DNA of 64,000 nucleotides from Chrysomallon squamiferum (GCA_012295275.1 CM022677.1:12338001-12402000); one strand, 5' to 3'. Counted from the stretch's first letter, positions 25,350-40,984 are shown. Translations and numbers: made by a program. The notes: generated from the letters alone by a model not told the origin.

Positions 25350-27708
25350 TTTTGACCAGTTGCCACCCAAGACCAAGCTTGACCAGTTGCCACCCAAAAC
25401 CAAGCTTGACCAACTCGGAACCTGACCAGCTGCTGCCCAGTGCCGGAGCCAGTTTGATGTGCGTCCCCAGAGACAGCTATTGTCTCATGATGTCTCTTAG
25501 AGCAGGGCTGTCAACGTAGTCCACTGCAGGAGGACAAGAGTTTGTGAAATCAACTGTGAAGTGAAAAAAAGTGTCAAACAAAATGTTTCAAGAACAATTC
25601 AAGATGTTACTCAAGTTTGAATGCTGTAATACATAGAACACTACTTGTGATTTGTTACAAAATAAATGTTTGGAAATCATTCTTTTTCATTCAGTGATTT
25701 TGCCTAATGACTAAAGGTCTGGTTACCACTTATCCACCACTCTGCATCTCTCTTTGTGTCTATATATCAACCTGTTGAGTAACTATCTACACACATACCT
25801 ACCTGTCTACTAACCTATCTGCTTGTTCTATCTTATCTAGTTTTTTTGTTTTTTATCTTCTCCATGCAAGAATATTCCAATCCATCAGTACACATCCATC
25901 AATCATCTACCCAACTTCCTGCCTTCCTACACATCTACATACCTACATTGCAACTGTGTTTGTCTGTCCATCTACAAACACACTCTGTCTATAACACTTT
26001 ATTTAGTTTCTCTCTCACTGTCCAAACTAGTTGTTAGTATCACTGTACCTTCTCTTTCTGTCTGTGTATCCTCCTCTATCAGTTTATCTAGGGTCTGTAT
26101 TCTGTCTGTATGTCTATCTATATTTTGTTATTCCATTTTCTTACACCTGTCTAACTATGACTACTTGACAACCTTCTGACTCTGTTTTTCATGCAGTCTG
26201 TATAATCTGTGTATCAATCCATCATCTATCTTTCTATCCATCTGTGCATCTGTTACTGGATAGTTTTAAAATTTATTATTAAAGTTAAAAAACACACACG
26301 TTTATCACATAAATTTTCAGTATACAATGAGCTTCTTTTTAAAGTAAATTTAATTATCTGGTATACATTTACTTTCACCGTAATATATTTATTTAAAAAG
26401 GGCACTTACCTGGAAACCATATTTCTTCATGTCTACTGGAGTACTTATTTACAATAAAAGTGGGTATAACCTTTAAACCTCTTCTTTTCAGTATCAGTCT
26501 GTGTGTAGATAATAAAACATCTCCTTAATTTCAGGTCAACTCACTTCTTCCTTTTAAATAGAAAAACCAAAAATATATTAATGTTCACATAAACTAATAT
26601 ACTGAGTTCTTTATAAAGTAAAAACTGACATTTAATTTGCTGCTTCCAAAAACTTTGAAAAGCAAGAACAATATAAAAATCAAATAATAATAATAACAAT
26701 AAAAAATAAAAAATTCAGTATATGTCACATGAACATATTTTTAAAACAGTGTTTAATCTGGCAAATGCTGTCCTAGATTCTAGTGGGAAAATGGATTCTC
26801 AAACAGGAAACTAATTTAATCCTAGGAATAAAGTATTTATACAGTTACAAAGACTTCCAGCGTTATTGTTTTTCTGCTTTGCACATTTGACACATTGGAC
26901 AAATGTCTGAAGATGCTATGCGAGATACAGCAAAGACTCTGAGTATTTCAAAGTCCACACTGTGTGACAAAGACGAAACATCTCAACGTGACCTCCAAGC
27001 CAAAGAACAAGAATAATCTGGTTTTTAATGCAGCTACCTAAGTGTGGACAGGGTCAAAAATGTGACATACAACAGTGAAATGTACACAGTGATATAACCC
27101 ATTTAGCTATTCTGGTGGAAATCACTACAAAAACTCTGACCATTGCTGATCCCTGGCAAAAACTGCAAAGATCACACGAAATAAATAAATAAATAAATAC
27201 CCTATAGCTGCATTATGATATCTTCATTATGAAAGTTTTTATGTGTCTTATTAATCCAGTTAAAACAAATTTCAATTCATCTTATGTGTTAAATTTTATT
27301 ATTCCTGTAAAAAGTAAACTCTAACAAGAATAAATAATATCACTCAAAAAAAACTTACCTTTTTTTCACTATTGACGTTGCATTCTTTCTTCTCAAAACA
27401 TCTAGGAACTGTAGGAACTGCTGACAAAAATATTCTGACTGGAATCAGTTTCTATGGTTTCTAATAGTATTACTGACGACATTCCCAACATGAGATACAA
27501 TGTCATACTCTTTCAAGCTGATAATCACATAGGCTGTCTCTGTCTAACTAAATCCACCCACAAATCTATATCTAATCTATCTAAAATAAATAAACAGCAT
27601 AAACACAATCTTGTTCACACTTATTTATTGACCATCCTTTCTCTGTTTAATAAATATATACATTATATAAATATATATATATATATATATATCTTTCATC
27701 TTTCAAAC

Positions 27709-27746
<38 letters not shown>

Positions 27747-29258
27747 CTATCTCTGTATCTATATATAGATATATAATTATCTCTATTAATCTATCTCATT
27801 CACTGAAAGTCCTTACAGGACATACTTCTCAGTTTCATACAGAGGTCATTGCTCCACATCTTTTCATTTCTTCTGCAGTTACTTCTAATTTGCAATATAC
27901 AACCACATAGAGCTTTTGTAGTGTCCTTAGTCAATGTAGTAGAAGTTGTTTTGTTCCCTTCTTGATATCCAAGAAACATCCAGTGTTAACTACTGGAGAA
28001 TAAACAATGAACATAGATGTGGCTGGAATCTGCTTTGGAAAGAAAAGTCCATAATATAAGCTTTATAGTGTTCTCCATATTCTTGTAATTGAAGACTCCA
28101 GAACTGTGTCTTTCCTGTAGATATAATAATATAATTTAATAGAATAATTATTTAGAAGAATTTTTCCATTGTTTTTAATTGACTGAAATATTAGAAAGAA
28201 AATATTATAAATAAACACCATCTGTCTCATATCATAAATAATAATAAATCACAAATAATTTAAATAAAAATATAAATCTCTCTAAAAAAAAGGATCAATA
28301 CAAATAGAAAATTTTACAGTTTGGTTAACTCAAAAAAGTGTCTTTTATATCTAAATTCATAAAGATAAATGAAAATATTTCTAATACTAAACAAAAAGAA
28401 TGCATTGATGAGATCAAAATATGTTAAAGGTAAGCAATACAAAAATAAAATTAAAATTTAACAATAATAATAATACAAATACCACTAACATTTCTCAAAT
28501 TCTCTGAACTCCCTAAAATTGTGAATACTCCTCTGAATCTTCAGCACTGACCTGTCTTGTACTGTAAGGGAGAGAGTGAGATCTGATAAACTCTGTGTTT
28601 GACCAAATCTGACATGAACTTGAAAGTTTCCACATGTAAATTGAAAAAGAATTATTTAGCCTATGAAAATTGTGAGGCATTTTAGTTAAATAATTTTAAA
28701 CTAAAATGTTTTGTACCACCTCTAATGCATTGAATATGGAAATAAGTATAAAAATAAAAAATTATAACAGTTTCAAGTATTGTTTTACAAGAACGTACTC
28801 AGAATTGTCCGCTATGCAGTTTTAGCAGAGTAACGTGTCCAGATTATGGTAATATTCATCGGCCAAAGTGAGTGAAAATTTTTATTTATTATATTTTATT
28901 ATTATTATGTTGTTGTTTGTTTGTTTGTTTTTTGGCTGGCGACTTCTTAATAATAACTGAACAAATAATAATAAATAACTAAGTAAGAAAATAAATGAGA
29001 AAAACAACAGTGCGAAATGGGTACAAGATGGTACAATGTCAAAATCATAAACACACACAATTAATACTAATAATTTAAAATAATGTTTCGACCTTTGCAG
29101 CAATTACTACTCAATAACAGACATCTATGTATAAGCGGCATTGGATATATGAAATATATCGCCAAATTACTTGTAATAATCCATGTAGAATTGATTGCAT
29201 TATGAAGGAATACGTGTTTAAAAGTTTGTAAACACTGATCAGCGTTCGATGCTGCCAT
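25350..29258 (-). pseudogene. Degraded multi-exon gene or element beginning MAASNADQCLQTFKH...
   Basis: Minus-strand CAAGATGGCAGC start context at about 29258. Exon-like blocks with canonical splice signals at about 28555-28645, 27820-28113, 27359-27530 (donor AAG|GTAAGT), 26410-26550 (donor CAG|GTAAGT) and 25350-25553. Many in-frame stops; product not identifiable with confidence. Confidence 0.35.
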
Positions 29259-30075
29259 CTTGGATTTCCATCGGAAGTTTCCGTACGCGCTCGGCGTAAT
29301 TTGTGCCGTTACGAGTAATCGTTCCTGATGGTACCATAAGTATTCGACTCGAAATTGTTAGTCGAATATATTTTTTAAACTTGTATTATTAAATAGCTTT
29401 TCAATAATGTATTTGCATATGTGCAAATATACAAAACATTTCAAATAAAAATAATTTGTAAATAAATTCATCATTTTTAAAGAGACTAATCGAAAACAAG
29501 CTAAACTAAATGAAAAAAAAATATATAAATAAAATGGGGATTTTAGAATAATTAAATTAATAACAATAACACATTAAATAAACCAAAAGTAAAGGAAACT
29601 GGTTATTTAAAAGGCAAAGAAAATGCAGGGAATGTTAATAAGCTGGTTCTGTTTGCTACAAAATAGTATGCAGAATTAGTTCTTTTTATTTAAAAGCAGC
29701 AAATCTAAATTACCGTCACATCGCATATGCGAGGAGTAATCTATTTCAGAAGTTCGTGGTCTACGGGAAATAACTCTATTTAACACTTTGGTAAATATAC
29801 AAAAAAGACTGAGTGTTGAGTAAAAAAGAAAAAAGGAAATCAAAGAGAATTTTTTTTTTTTTTCAATAAATAAGAAAGATTCAGAAGAGACGACAGATTT
29901 TTTAGTGCCATCATAAATTAGCTGATTAAAGATCATTCACCGAATTTACTAAATTCACTAAAGTTATTTTATTTAAACCTATATATTATTTTTATGTCTG
30001 TTTAACATAACTGTTTCTTTATAATAAATATAAATAATCATTTTATTTTATTTCTTACTCTTATATTTTCCTTAT
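28930..30075 (-). repeat. Dispersed repeat family A, copy 3
   Basis: Collinear with 1110-1985 from TGGCTGGCGAC to TTCTTTATAATAAATA; contains the MAASNADQ ORF start. Confidence 0.85.
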
Positions 30076-31004
30076 GTCACGGAATTCAGATTGCGTAATA
30101 CATTGTTACTTCAAATCACATCCGTTCTTTATTTGTTTGCGATGAAATTCAAATTGTGTAATTTTAATTGTAACTACAATCACAACCGCTCTTTTTATTG
30201 TTTCTGCTAATTTTTCAGCTCCTTGGCGTTGTTATAAAAGGGTTGGCATTTGGTAATTAAACGGACACTCTATTGTGTCCTGCAATCGTAACGAGAATAC
30301 CTTTCTGTTTACTTTCCAAAAACTCTTTTTTTCTGCAACAGACACGCCCGCTGACCTGTCAGAAAGCGTGCCTCGTAGACGTGCTTCACAACAGATAGCT
30401 CTGATTAGCACGTTAATTTTGTCCAGTTTCCAGTAATTAAAGAGCGAAGTAAAAGGAGAGAAGGAAACGGTCAAGTCGAGACCAATGTTTTTGAATGACA
30501 TTGTCTTTACTGCGTAGTATGGTAAGCAATTGTCTATTCTTTTTTTGATAGGGTGTAATGTGTCAGTAACATTTATTATGCCTAAAATTTTAATGTTTTA
30601 ACCTGCCCTCCGTGCAGATTCTTATTTTGTCTTGGTTCCCCGAATGACCTTTCTCGTATCATAAATCAAAATTAATTAAACATATGTTTTATGATTTATA
30701 TTAACGATAAAAACGACAACAACTACAATAATACTAATTAAAATGATAAACAAAATAATAATTAATAACGAATACTGAAAAAAGGTGTCACGGGGCTCAA
30801 ACCTTTAAACATCTTGGATGTTTTATTAAAACTCAGTCTAGGGTAACAAGGGCTTTAATGGCCACTAACAAGGAATCTAAATTGACAGCAATCTCTATAA
30901 ATCAGTGTCTATCTATCGACTAGAGAAAAAAACACAACACCAGTTAAGGTTCACGTTAATTATTTAATTATTATATACAGGTGACTTGATTGTATAATGT
31001 ATTA

Positions 31005-31936
31005 TTGTCATTATAAACAAAGAAACAATTATCAATAGATAAATAGACAGATTAGATAGACACACACACATACAAACACACACATACAAACACACACATA
31101 GAAAAGAAAGAGTTTGGTATATATGACAGATAGATACACTGAATGGGATGGATGTAGCAACAGATAGGCATTTTACATTTCATAGGCAAATGAATTTGTA
31201 AGAAAATGTTTGTACATGCATTATAATATAATATCATATTTACCTCGCTTTTAACATCTTTTCTTTTATTGGTCATTTTAATTACTCAGTTCAGTTTTCT
31301 CATTTTTTCTATCCATCTGCCTGTCTATCTGTCTATCTGTCTATCTATCTAACTCTCAGATTGTAGAGATAAGTATAGGTGTCGCTGTAATTATAACTTC
31401 AGTAATTTTGTTATAAACACTGTAGAAAACATTGATAATAAAGCAGCGATGATATTTTATCTGCCTGGAAGAGTTTCACTGTATGCTCAAAATACTGAAA
31501 GATCTTCGAGATAATATTAATAAATAAAGCTATTTATTTATTTTTATTTTATTTTTTTATTCTGTAAATTAAGTTAATTAATTAGCGTTTTATCTCATAG
31601 AAAACTTAGCTTGTCCCTATAAACTGCAACTGAAATGACTTGTTGTACAGTGACGAACAAAAATGTTCTTGTTCAAGTAAATGTAACTCAGTTTTCACCA
31701 TCCTTCTCAAGTTTTCAATATTAACAGAACGTGTCTAAAAATATACATGGTTCATCTCGCGCAGTCGCGCCTTTTCACTTTATTTTTAATAATAAAAATG
31801 CCTATTTAATGTTTCTCAGTATTCTAGATTATTCAGCTATTTATGCAAGATAAATATCAATAATATGATGAAGCTAATTTATCTTTAAGTAGCCTGACAC
31901 CTCTCGAATGCAATCTACTGTCTTAACAAAAACTAA

Positions 31937-31979
<43 letters not shown>

Positions 31980-34910
31980 ATAATAATAATAATAATAATA
32001 ATGTGGAAGACATTCAATATTTTTCATAGATATTCTTAAATGTTGATTCATTATTCATCTCGTTAAGTAAGTTAGACCAGTTAAGGAAAAATTAAGCTGA
32101 TTATTTCTTTATTTCTTTATTTATTATGCGAAATAAAATTGTCTAAAATAGTCTAAAATATCATCTGTCTTATTATAATAGCATTTAATAATAAATAACT
32201 AAATAATTAAAAAAGAACGCCTGTATGTTTCAATACACTGTGTTTTCAATACAAAATATTACCGCTACGCCTCTGTTAACAACATAAAACACATAACATA
32301 AATAGTGATGGCGGTACTGTATTTTGAGTATTTACTGAAACACGAAACTTTGACGTACAGTGAAGTTTTCATAACGCCGTGTAAAATTACTCCTACTTAG
32401 CTTTTCAGTGAAACATGTTCTGATGTTAATAATATGTCACTTTAGTAGTTCTCGATATTTTTGCATTTTACATATAATTCTACTGTTATTTATATAACAA
32501 CACGCTGACCTGGAACCCCAATCTACATTTCTGAATTACACAGTGTTTTCACAGTAAAAATCACACCTGTAGTGTTTACTATAATGCTACTGTATAAACA
32601 TAAAAAACCCCAACAACAACAACAATACAACAACAGCAACAGTAAAAGAAAAGAACATATTAATCTTTATGTGCTTTCTTTACTTCTCAACATCTATAGC
32701 ACTTGAAAAGTTAACATCATCGCTCCAGTCTGGATGTCAATATATTTTATGACGTAGCAATAGCTTCACACAGACAAGTAACCTGGAGATATCCACTTTT
32801 CAGTCCTCTTTATTGACAAACAGAACGTGATGTTGTATTTTTGTTTTTATTTTTATTTTTGTTTACATAAAAATAAAAACGTGATAATGAGCGACACATT
32901 TATTTGAGAAGCTCTATGAATAATAATAATAAATAATAAAAATAAGGATGATGATAATAATGATGATGATGATGATAATAAATAAATAAATTAATTCATT
33001 AATTAATAAACATTACATAATAAAAAATGTATGACGTACATTTATTGCAATTTATTATATAGGTCAGAGGTGTATATTGAAAATATATAATGTCACATTG
33101 TTATACAATTAAAACTAAATCTATAAAATTGAATTAATAAAAACAAAACATAATATACTGCAGGGAAATAGAGATTTATGTACCCTTTTTTCAACAGTAG
33201 CTGAAGTGTTGATACTTGGCTTATATTCTACTGGAATAATTTAGAAACTGAGAAATATAGCGAGTTAGATTTCCAGAGTCATGTTTTAATACATACTATT
33301 ACCGCTACGCCTCTGTTAACAAACATAAAACATGTAACATAAATAGTGATGGCGGTTCTTATTTTCATAACGTCGTGTAAAATACTTAGCTTTTTAGTGA
33401 AACATGTTAATAAAATGTCAAATTAATATGGAAGCGTTCTCGACATTTTGGATTTTTCATATAATTCTACTGTTGTTTATATAAACACGCTAAGCCGAAA
33501 TCCCAATCTACATTTCTGAATATACACACAGTTTTCTCAGTAAAATCCTACAGTTATAAAAAAGATCGAATATTGTTTTTTCGTGGGTTTTTTTCTCTCT
33601 CTCTCTTCCGGTCAGTAGTAGTAATAGAATAAAGTACCATTTTTATAATTCCAGACAAAGCGTTGTATGTATTTTAGAAATATACTTTTTCTAAGCTGGA
33701 GAAAGATGAAGGTGATTTTCACTAATTACACCACAGCTTGTGCTTTTTATTAGTTTTCTGGTAATTAATTTTTAATAAGTATATTTAAATAAATGTGGTA
33801 CTTATACAACGGGGTGTGTTTTGTGAAGAAACGTTTGTGTGAAACTTGTGAAGACAAGTCGGGCTGTGCAGACGTGTAGATGACTGTCTGGATAACACGT
33901 GATTCAGTAAAAATTCCGCTGGCCAGTTTTGTTCTTTCAAAATAAGTGTAGAGTCATGATAAAAATCGTATTTGAGTAATTACTAAAACACGAATCTTTG
34001 ACGTACCATGAAATTTTCTTGACATAATTTGCGACGCTGGACAGAGTTTACGTTCTATAAACAAATAAGATTTCAGTTTTATATGAATAAACTGAGGTTC
34101 AACCAAAAATAGAATGATATAGAGCAAAAAATACAACTATTTATTACTGATTCTTTTTCTTAAATAAATAAATTAATTAATTTAATTTTAAAACCGACTG
34201 CACAATTTAAATCATGGATTTTGCATATTAATGTTATATGCATTACATATGTATTTCAGAAGGTGCCAGTTTAATCTGACATTTTAAAAGCTTCAGGAAA
34301 GATTTTATTGATAACTAGAGAAGTAAGATTAATATTTACTTGAAAGCAATAAACGCTATGTTTCGTCTATCTAACTGTTCATATCCTCATCTCATAAAAC
34401 ACTGACTCAGCGGATTAGGCATGTTTTCTATGATGTAACTTTTAAAGTTAAATATTAACTATATAAGTAGAAAAATTGTAACTGTAAGTGAAATTATCAT
34501 TATTGTTTATGATGCAAACTAGAGGAAAACACAGAAAAACATCATATTATTTTCACTCAGTATCAAGTTATAATATAAATGACGCTGGTTTGATATGTAA
34601 ATGTGAATTACATCGCCTTTTTTTAACAGAGAAAACTTTGCTTGTGTCTGTGAATTTTTATTTTTATGTCATTTGCTAGGCAAAATCAAATTTTGAGATT
34701 CAAGTAAAGTGTAACTTCTCACTTGATCAGTATTAATTTATAATTGTTTTTCTTTTTCTTTTGTTTTTGTTGAGAAGAAACTATAATTCAGTTTAACAGA
34801 ACAATATTGTCACAATAGAGTGTCTTCCCCTCTATATCTAGTCATTAAGTTATTTTTTTTCTGAATTTACAAATCGTGCGCTGTAAAAATGCCACTATAA
34901 AATAAAATAT
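31005..34910 (+). repeat. Dispersed repeat family B, copy 2 (internally rearranged, with a duplicated 32255/33297 segment)
   Basis: Block-by-block similarity to 8385-11200; TATTACCGCTACGCCTCTGTTAAC occurs twice. Confidence 0.85.
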
Positions 34911-37519
34911 CAGATTTTATAAGAATTCACTCATTTTGATTTATACGTTGATAATAAATGATGTTAAGGTACAACATTTATATTGTCAACACGAGCGCAG
35001 TTTTCACGTGTAATTTTGAAACTAAATATCGACATTTTCTTAATTAACATTATCAAGATTATTCTTGAATATCCGATAATATTCTTTTAGGTGTATCCAA
35101 TATTATCATCATTTGTTATGATGCAAAACAGAGGTAACAACATATGAATGTAAACAGTGGTACATTTACATCGTCTACGCTGCACTGCTGGTAGTAAATA
35201 GACACGTAAATTCGAGCAAACTGAAATTATCTTCAGAAAACTCATAAAAAATCTGTTGTTAATCGCTTGCAAACTGAGCTGAGAAATTACTCCTTACATC
35301 TAGTTTATACGCAAAATGTAGAATCAGCAAAAATAATATAATCTTTTATATTCATTTCAAAATCTTCACCTTTTCCTGTATTTTTTTTTTTTAAATTTAA
35401 ACACTTTGTATCTTCTACAAATACGTTTTACTCAACGTTTATTATTCAATTATAAATGATAATTTTTAATAAGAAATATTCAACGTATGAGCAGAAGAGA
35501 TTATTTTTATTTTATGATTGTTTAAGATATTTTGTTATTATTTTCATCTTTTTATTATTATTTTCATTCTTTTTCTTTTTCTTTTATTTTATTCCCACAG
35601 ACTTATTATCATTTTCATATTTTTTCCCCACAAATTATTTCAATTAAACAGAAAATACAGATTATAAAAAATTGGAAACATTTTCATTTGCACATTTCTG
35701 AAATAATGTTTTGATTTTTTTTCTCCAAAATGTGAAAGGCAAATTATAAAATACTTGGAAAAAAATTTTCTCTTGTTTATTTATTTATTTATTTTATCGT
35801 TTTTAACTGTTTATTTTCAATTTTTTAAAGATTCCTTGTTGAAATAATTCTATTATACTTTCCAAAATGGGAAAGGCAAATTATAAAGACAGGATTTTAA
35901 GTAATTTCAACTTGAAGATCATCATGTTTCTTCTAATAAAAAATAACCAGATCTTGATTAATGCAAATACAATTTTAATTTACCTTAGAAATATATTGTT
36001 ACTTTTTACAAAAAGGTTTATAAAATTAATTATATACTCTTCAATTATAGTTACATTGATTACACCCCGCAAATCCATGAATGCGATTTAAAAGCATTGT
36101 GGTGCTCTAGTTAACCTTTTCTGAAAATGGGTCTTACAACATTTTCCACTGAAGTGCTGGCTAAGGCAGCTTGAATCTGATGGCCGAATTCCCTAAAAAA
36201 TTGTTCTACAGATTTCCAAAACTCAACCATTACTAAAATACACCCTGACATGGCTCTGAATATTTTTTTTTTTTTAAATTAAACATACTGAAACATAAAT
36301 AAATCCTAGTGAAAATATTAAATTATCTCTAAAAATGCTCTTTTATATATTACAGTTTTCTTTTCTGGAACTTTCATAATAATTTCAGTCTGTGAGCTTT
36401 CCATCTCATTTGCAAAATCACCTTCTTGACTGAAAAAGAAACAAAACAAATATTTCAGATGAAAAACATAACTGTTATCATGTACAGGTGCTGTATTTTT
36501 GCACTATTAAAAATATTTCATGGTAATATGAAACAAATAATTTTTAAGTTCCGTGCTCATTTTCTTTATTTTCAACAACTTATCAACCCATTTCACAACT
36601 TCAAACAAAATAATTTTATTTGAGTAAACATCATATAGCAAGAACAGAAATAAAAATATTACTACAATTCCAAATAATGCACTTGTTTGTTAATTTTACT
36701 AATTTTAAACCTAATTAAGTAAAGTGGACAAAATAATAATAAAAATAAAATGAAACTAAAACTAATAATTATGTAACATAAACCAACAGTGGTAAAAAAA
36801 CAAACAAATAAATAAATAAAACCCAATAAGAATGACTAAAATAATTTTAATTCTAATATGTAATATACATACTTTTCCTGAACTCTTGACATCTCAGTGT
36901 TGTGTGATTCCCTGTTACCTAGAGGAGTAAAAAATAAAAATTAAATATACATTAGATAAAAACAGAAAATTATATTAGAAATGACTCACCAATATCTCAG
37001 TGTTTTGTAAATGCTCAAAGTGGTCTTCTCAAACTAACTGAATATCATGATGCACATTCTCCGACAGGAACAGAATATCACCAATGTGATTTCCACTGAA
37101 AATTAATAACAAGAATCAGAAATTAAGAGAAAACAATTTCAACAAACATATTGATAATAGACAAACATTTTACATTATTCAAACAGTGGTAAATTCTGTA
37201 AACGAAATAATGAAATAAATTCAGAATATCTGTTTATTGTTTACATTATTCTTATTGATATTTTATACATCCAGTAATATTAAATAATTTAACTATCTTT
37301 CTTTCATTTAGTTGTGAGACTCGGCAAGAGAGATATTTGGCTATCACTGTTAAACTGTTACTAATATATTACTTTATATATTAAAATGTATTATAATATT
37401 ACTGGTTAAGAAATTATAAGTTATTGTTGTTGTTGTTGTTGTTATTAGTATGTGTCAAATATTTTAATTTTTATAGATCAAAACGATTATTTCAGTTTTG
37501 TAAGCCTATATATATATAT

Positions 37520-38235
37520 ACTTTCTCAGCGGGCGCAACACCTATTAAAATATATTGTAATTTCTACTAATGTCGCCGCCTTTACCTAAAGATTTTGGTG
37601 TTTTTCATTATTCTTTCACTCTTTTTATTAGCTATTATTCTTACCATGTTAGTGTGCACAGAATATATTCTCGATATTCTTTAGTGCTTTTCACTAATTA
37701 TTACTCCTACTTTCTGAGCGGGCGCATCACCTATTAAAATATATTATTGTCATTTCTATTAATGTCGCCGACGTTCCCGTGGTACGAGGATTGTTCCTAA
37801 CGTTATTGGTGTACTCCTTTTCGTTTTTCTTCTCTTTTTTTTCGCTGTTATTCTTATAAAAATATATTATTGTTATATCTATTAATATCGCCGTTATTAC
37901 CGTCGTTACGGCGTTGTTCTTAATGTTCTCGGTGTATTTCACCTCGTTAAAAATATCATTACTCTTTCTACTAATGAGGCGTTGTTCTTAATGTTCTCGG
38001 TGTATTTCACCTCGTTAAAAATATCATTACTCTTTCTACTAATGAGGCCGTCATTACCGTCGTTACAGCATTGTTCTTAACGTCTTGGTGTACACTTCAC
38101 TCTTCTTTTTCGCTTTTTATTCGCTATTATTCTTATTTTGTAACGTGCACATTCTACATTAAAGTATTTTTTTAATATTTCTATTAATATCGGCGTCATT
38201 GCCATCATAAATACTTTAATCTTTGTGCGACACTC
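37520..38235. repeat. Degenerate CG-containing satellite (CTATTAATGTCGCCG..TTACCGTCGTTACGGC.TTGTTC units), resuming at 39780-40225
   Basis: Recurring motifs GCGGGCGCA.CACCTATTAAAATATATT and TTACCGTCGT(T/A)AC; a near-exact duplication of about 68 bp at 37910 and 37978. Confidence 0.7.
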
Positions 38236-38269
38236 GGCTTTTATTTTAGTTGAACAATTTAGAAACTGA

Positions 38270-39415
38270 GAAATACAGCGAGTTAGATTTGCAGATTCAT
38301 GTTATTAATAAAGGAATAAAAAAAAGGTTATTTTTTCGTTTTTCATTTTTTCCTCTTCCTTTATACAGTAGAAGAAAAGATCATGTTTATACTTCCAGAC
38401 AAAGTGTTGTGTATATTTACAAATATACTTTTTCTAAGCAGTAGTCAGTGAGATGGAGAAAGATGAAGGTGATTTTTAATAATTATACCACACACTGTGT
38501 TTTAATTACAGCTTTCTGGTAATTAATATTTTATTAACCAGAATATTTTAAGAAATGTGGTACTTGTTCGTCCTATACAACGGCGAGTGTTTTGTGAAGA
38601 AATGTTTCTGTGAAACCTATGAAGACAAGTCTGGCTGTGCAGACGTGTAGCTGACTGCCTGGATAACACGTGTTTCAGTAAAAATTCTGCTGTCCAGTTT
38701 TGTTCTTTCAAAAATCTTTTGTGTATTTACTAAAACACGAAACTTTGACGTACAGTGAAGTTTTCTAGATATAATTTGTGACACTGGACAGAGTTTATGT
38801 TCTATAAACAAATTAGATTTCAGTTTCATGTGAAGAAACTGAGGTTCAACCAAAAATAACAAGTTATATTATAAAGAATACTGCTATTTATACTGTTTAT
38901 TTTTATTAAATAAATAAATAAATAAATTTAATTTAAATACTGGATGTTATATCAGGCATATCATTATATATGTAGATGAGAAGGCGCCAGTTTAATCTGA
39001 TATTTTAAAAGCTTGAAGTAAAAGATATGCTTTAACAGGATAAAACTCAGTTTTACAGAAAAATATTATCACAATAAAGTGGCTTCCCCTGTATAACTAG
39101 TCATAAAATTATTTATTTCTGAATTTAAAAGTTGAGCGCTGTAAAAACCATTATAAGATGAAAAGGTCAGATCCAGATTAACAACAGAACAGAACACCAA
39201 AAAGCTCTGCATGATGCTGAAAACTGAGCTTTTACTTTATATGATTTTATTTGATAAGTTGATAACAAATGATGTTAATACAATATTTATGTTGTCAACA
39301 TGAGCGCAGTTTTCACATGTAATTTGAAATTGAACGACATTTACTTTATTAACATTATGAAGATTATTGTTGAAAAGCCGATAATATTCCTTTAGCTGTA
39401 TTCAAGATTATACTG
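38270..39415 (+). repeat. Dispersed repeat family B, copy 3 (partial, inserted within the satellite)
   Basis: Matches 33240-35110 and 10110-11190. Confidence 0.8.
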
Positions 39416-39788
39416 ACAATTACATATATATCCAGAACTACAGGGGGGCTGTGAGATTAATATTCTCTTATTTAGAGCTTGTGCCCATCCTGTATTAGAA
39501 TATGTTAGTAATAGTTCTATTCATTTCGCCTTCGCTGAGATCGCAACAGCTATGTTCCTAGCTTTAGGAAATGGTGAGGTTAATTTGCTATTATCTGTCT
39601 AATTATACTGATGATTAATCCTCTAATTATTAATTCTGCTGTATAGCAAATAATTATATTGTCAGTATCTCACTAATTAAAACTGCATAACCCCGTTCAA
39701 ATAAAGTAAATAAAGAAAACAGTCTCATTATCATTCGTATAAACTTTACCACGTATTATAAAAAATATAATATTATAATGATAATACC

Positions 39789-39825
<37 letters not shown>

Positions 39826-40267
39826 CTCCGTCATTACCATCGGTGTACTTCTCCTTATTCGTTTGCTTTTTATTAACTATTATTCGTACTTTTTTAGTGT
39901 TCAAAGGTATTATTACTATTTCTATTAATATCACCATCATAACGGCCTTGTTCCTTGCTTTCTTGGAGTAATTATAATTTTTCTTTAGCGCTTTTTATTA
40001 ATTATTCCTCATACTTTCTGAGTCGGCGCATCACCTATTAAAATATATTATTGTAATTTCTATTAATGTCGCCGTCGTTGACGTCGTAACGGCTTGTTAC
40101 TAACGTTATTACAGAACTCCTCATTATTCTTTTTCGTTTTTTATTCTCTGTCATTCTATATTAAAATATATTATTATTGTTTATTAATGTCGTCGTCATT
40201 ACCGTCGTAACAGTAACGTTTGCTTAAGAATTAAGGTTGCGGAATTGGGCAGGATTAGATTCGGAAG

Positions 40268-40350
40268 TTGGGCTAGGGTTAGGGTTAGGGTTGGGATTAG
40301 GGTTAGGGTTAGGGTTAGGGTTAGGGTTAGCGTTAGGGTTAGGGTTACGG
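40268..40350 (+). repeat. Interstitial telomeric tract (TTAGGG)n, about 13 units with variants
   Basis: GGGCTAGGGTTAGGGTTAGGGTTGGGATTAGGGTTAGGG...TTAGCGTTAGGGTTAGGGTTACGG; degenerate units flank it (about 40230-40460). Confidence 0.9.
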
Positions 40351-40984
40351 TTCATGTTATTTAAAGTTTATTACGATTCTTGTAATAGGGTTAGTACTAG
40401 TGTTGGCATTAGAATTAAGTTTAACGACTTCGTTAGGGTTATATTTAGATTTAGGGGTACTGTCTCGGTTAAGTTTTTTTTTTATTATTATTCTTTCTTT
40501 TTTCTTTTTAGGCAATGGTTCAGTTTACAAAACATAAATACAAGGAACAAAAACAGAAAATACTCACGGCACGTATAACACGTATTTACAAAAACACGTG
40601 GGTATTTCACAACAGAGCTCCTTTTTTACCTAACTCATATCTGCTTGGTTATATTAAATGTATATTTTTTCCGATACATTTAAAAAAAAAACTACAATTA
40701 AAAAAAATAATAATAATAAAACTGAGACAATGGCTTCTAGTGCCGCAACAAAGATGCACTACTTTTTAATATGATCGTCCCCTTGCAAATTTATTTGTGA
40801 TATTATTTTTTCTATCATATAATAATTTTATACCATGTCGAGAAGACGAGGTAATGTTAGCTTTATATATATATATCGTTATTAAAATTAAATGATTAAG
40901 TATTTTTTGTCCTGTTTTTGTCAATCAAATATTATCTTTCTATCGTTTATTTCGCCACAAAAAAGGTCACTTTGGAACATTTTT

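Noticed and set aside
26906-27016. MSEDAMRDTAKTLSISKSTLCDK, resembling a pipsqueak-type HTH of pogo transposases
   Set aside because: Too short and without TIRs or adjacent transposase sequence to call.
30215-30530. GC-richer block bounded by a possible acceptor and donor; 89-aa minus-strand ORF
   Set aside because: All + frames contain stops and no recognisable motif is present on either strand.
30785-30875. Possible tRNA or SINE head on the minus strand (GGTTTGAGCCCCG, B-box-like)
   Set aside because: No cloverleaf and only a weak A box; not supportable as a tRNA.
38560-38830. Insulin/relaxin-like reading of the family B Cys pattern
   Set aside because: Lacks the CC-x3-C-x8-C A-chain and LCG B-chain spacing.
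40237-40578. 113-aa ORF with GLGLGL repeat
   Set aside because: Translation of the TTAGGG tract.
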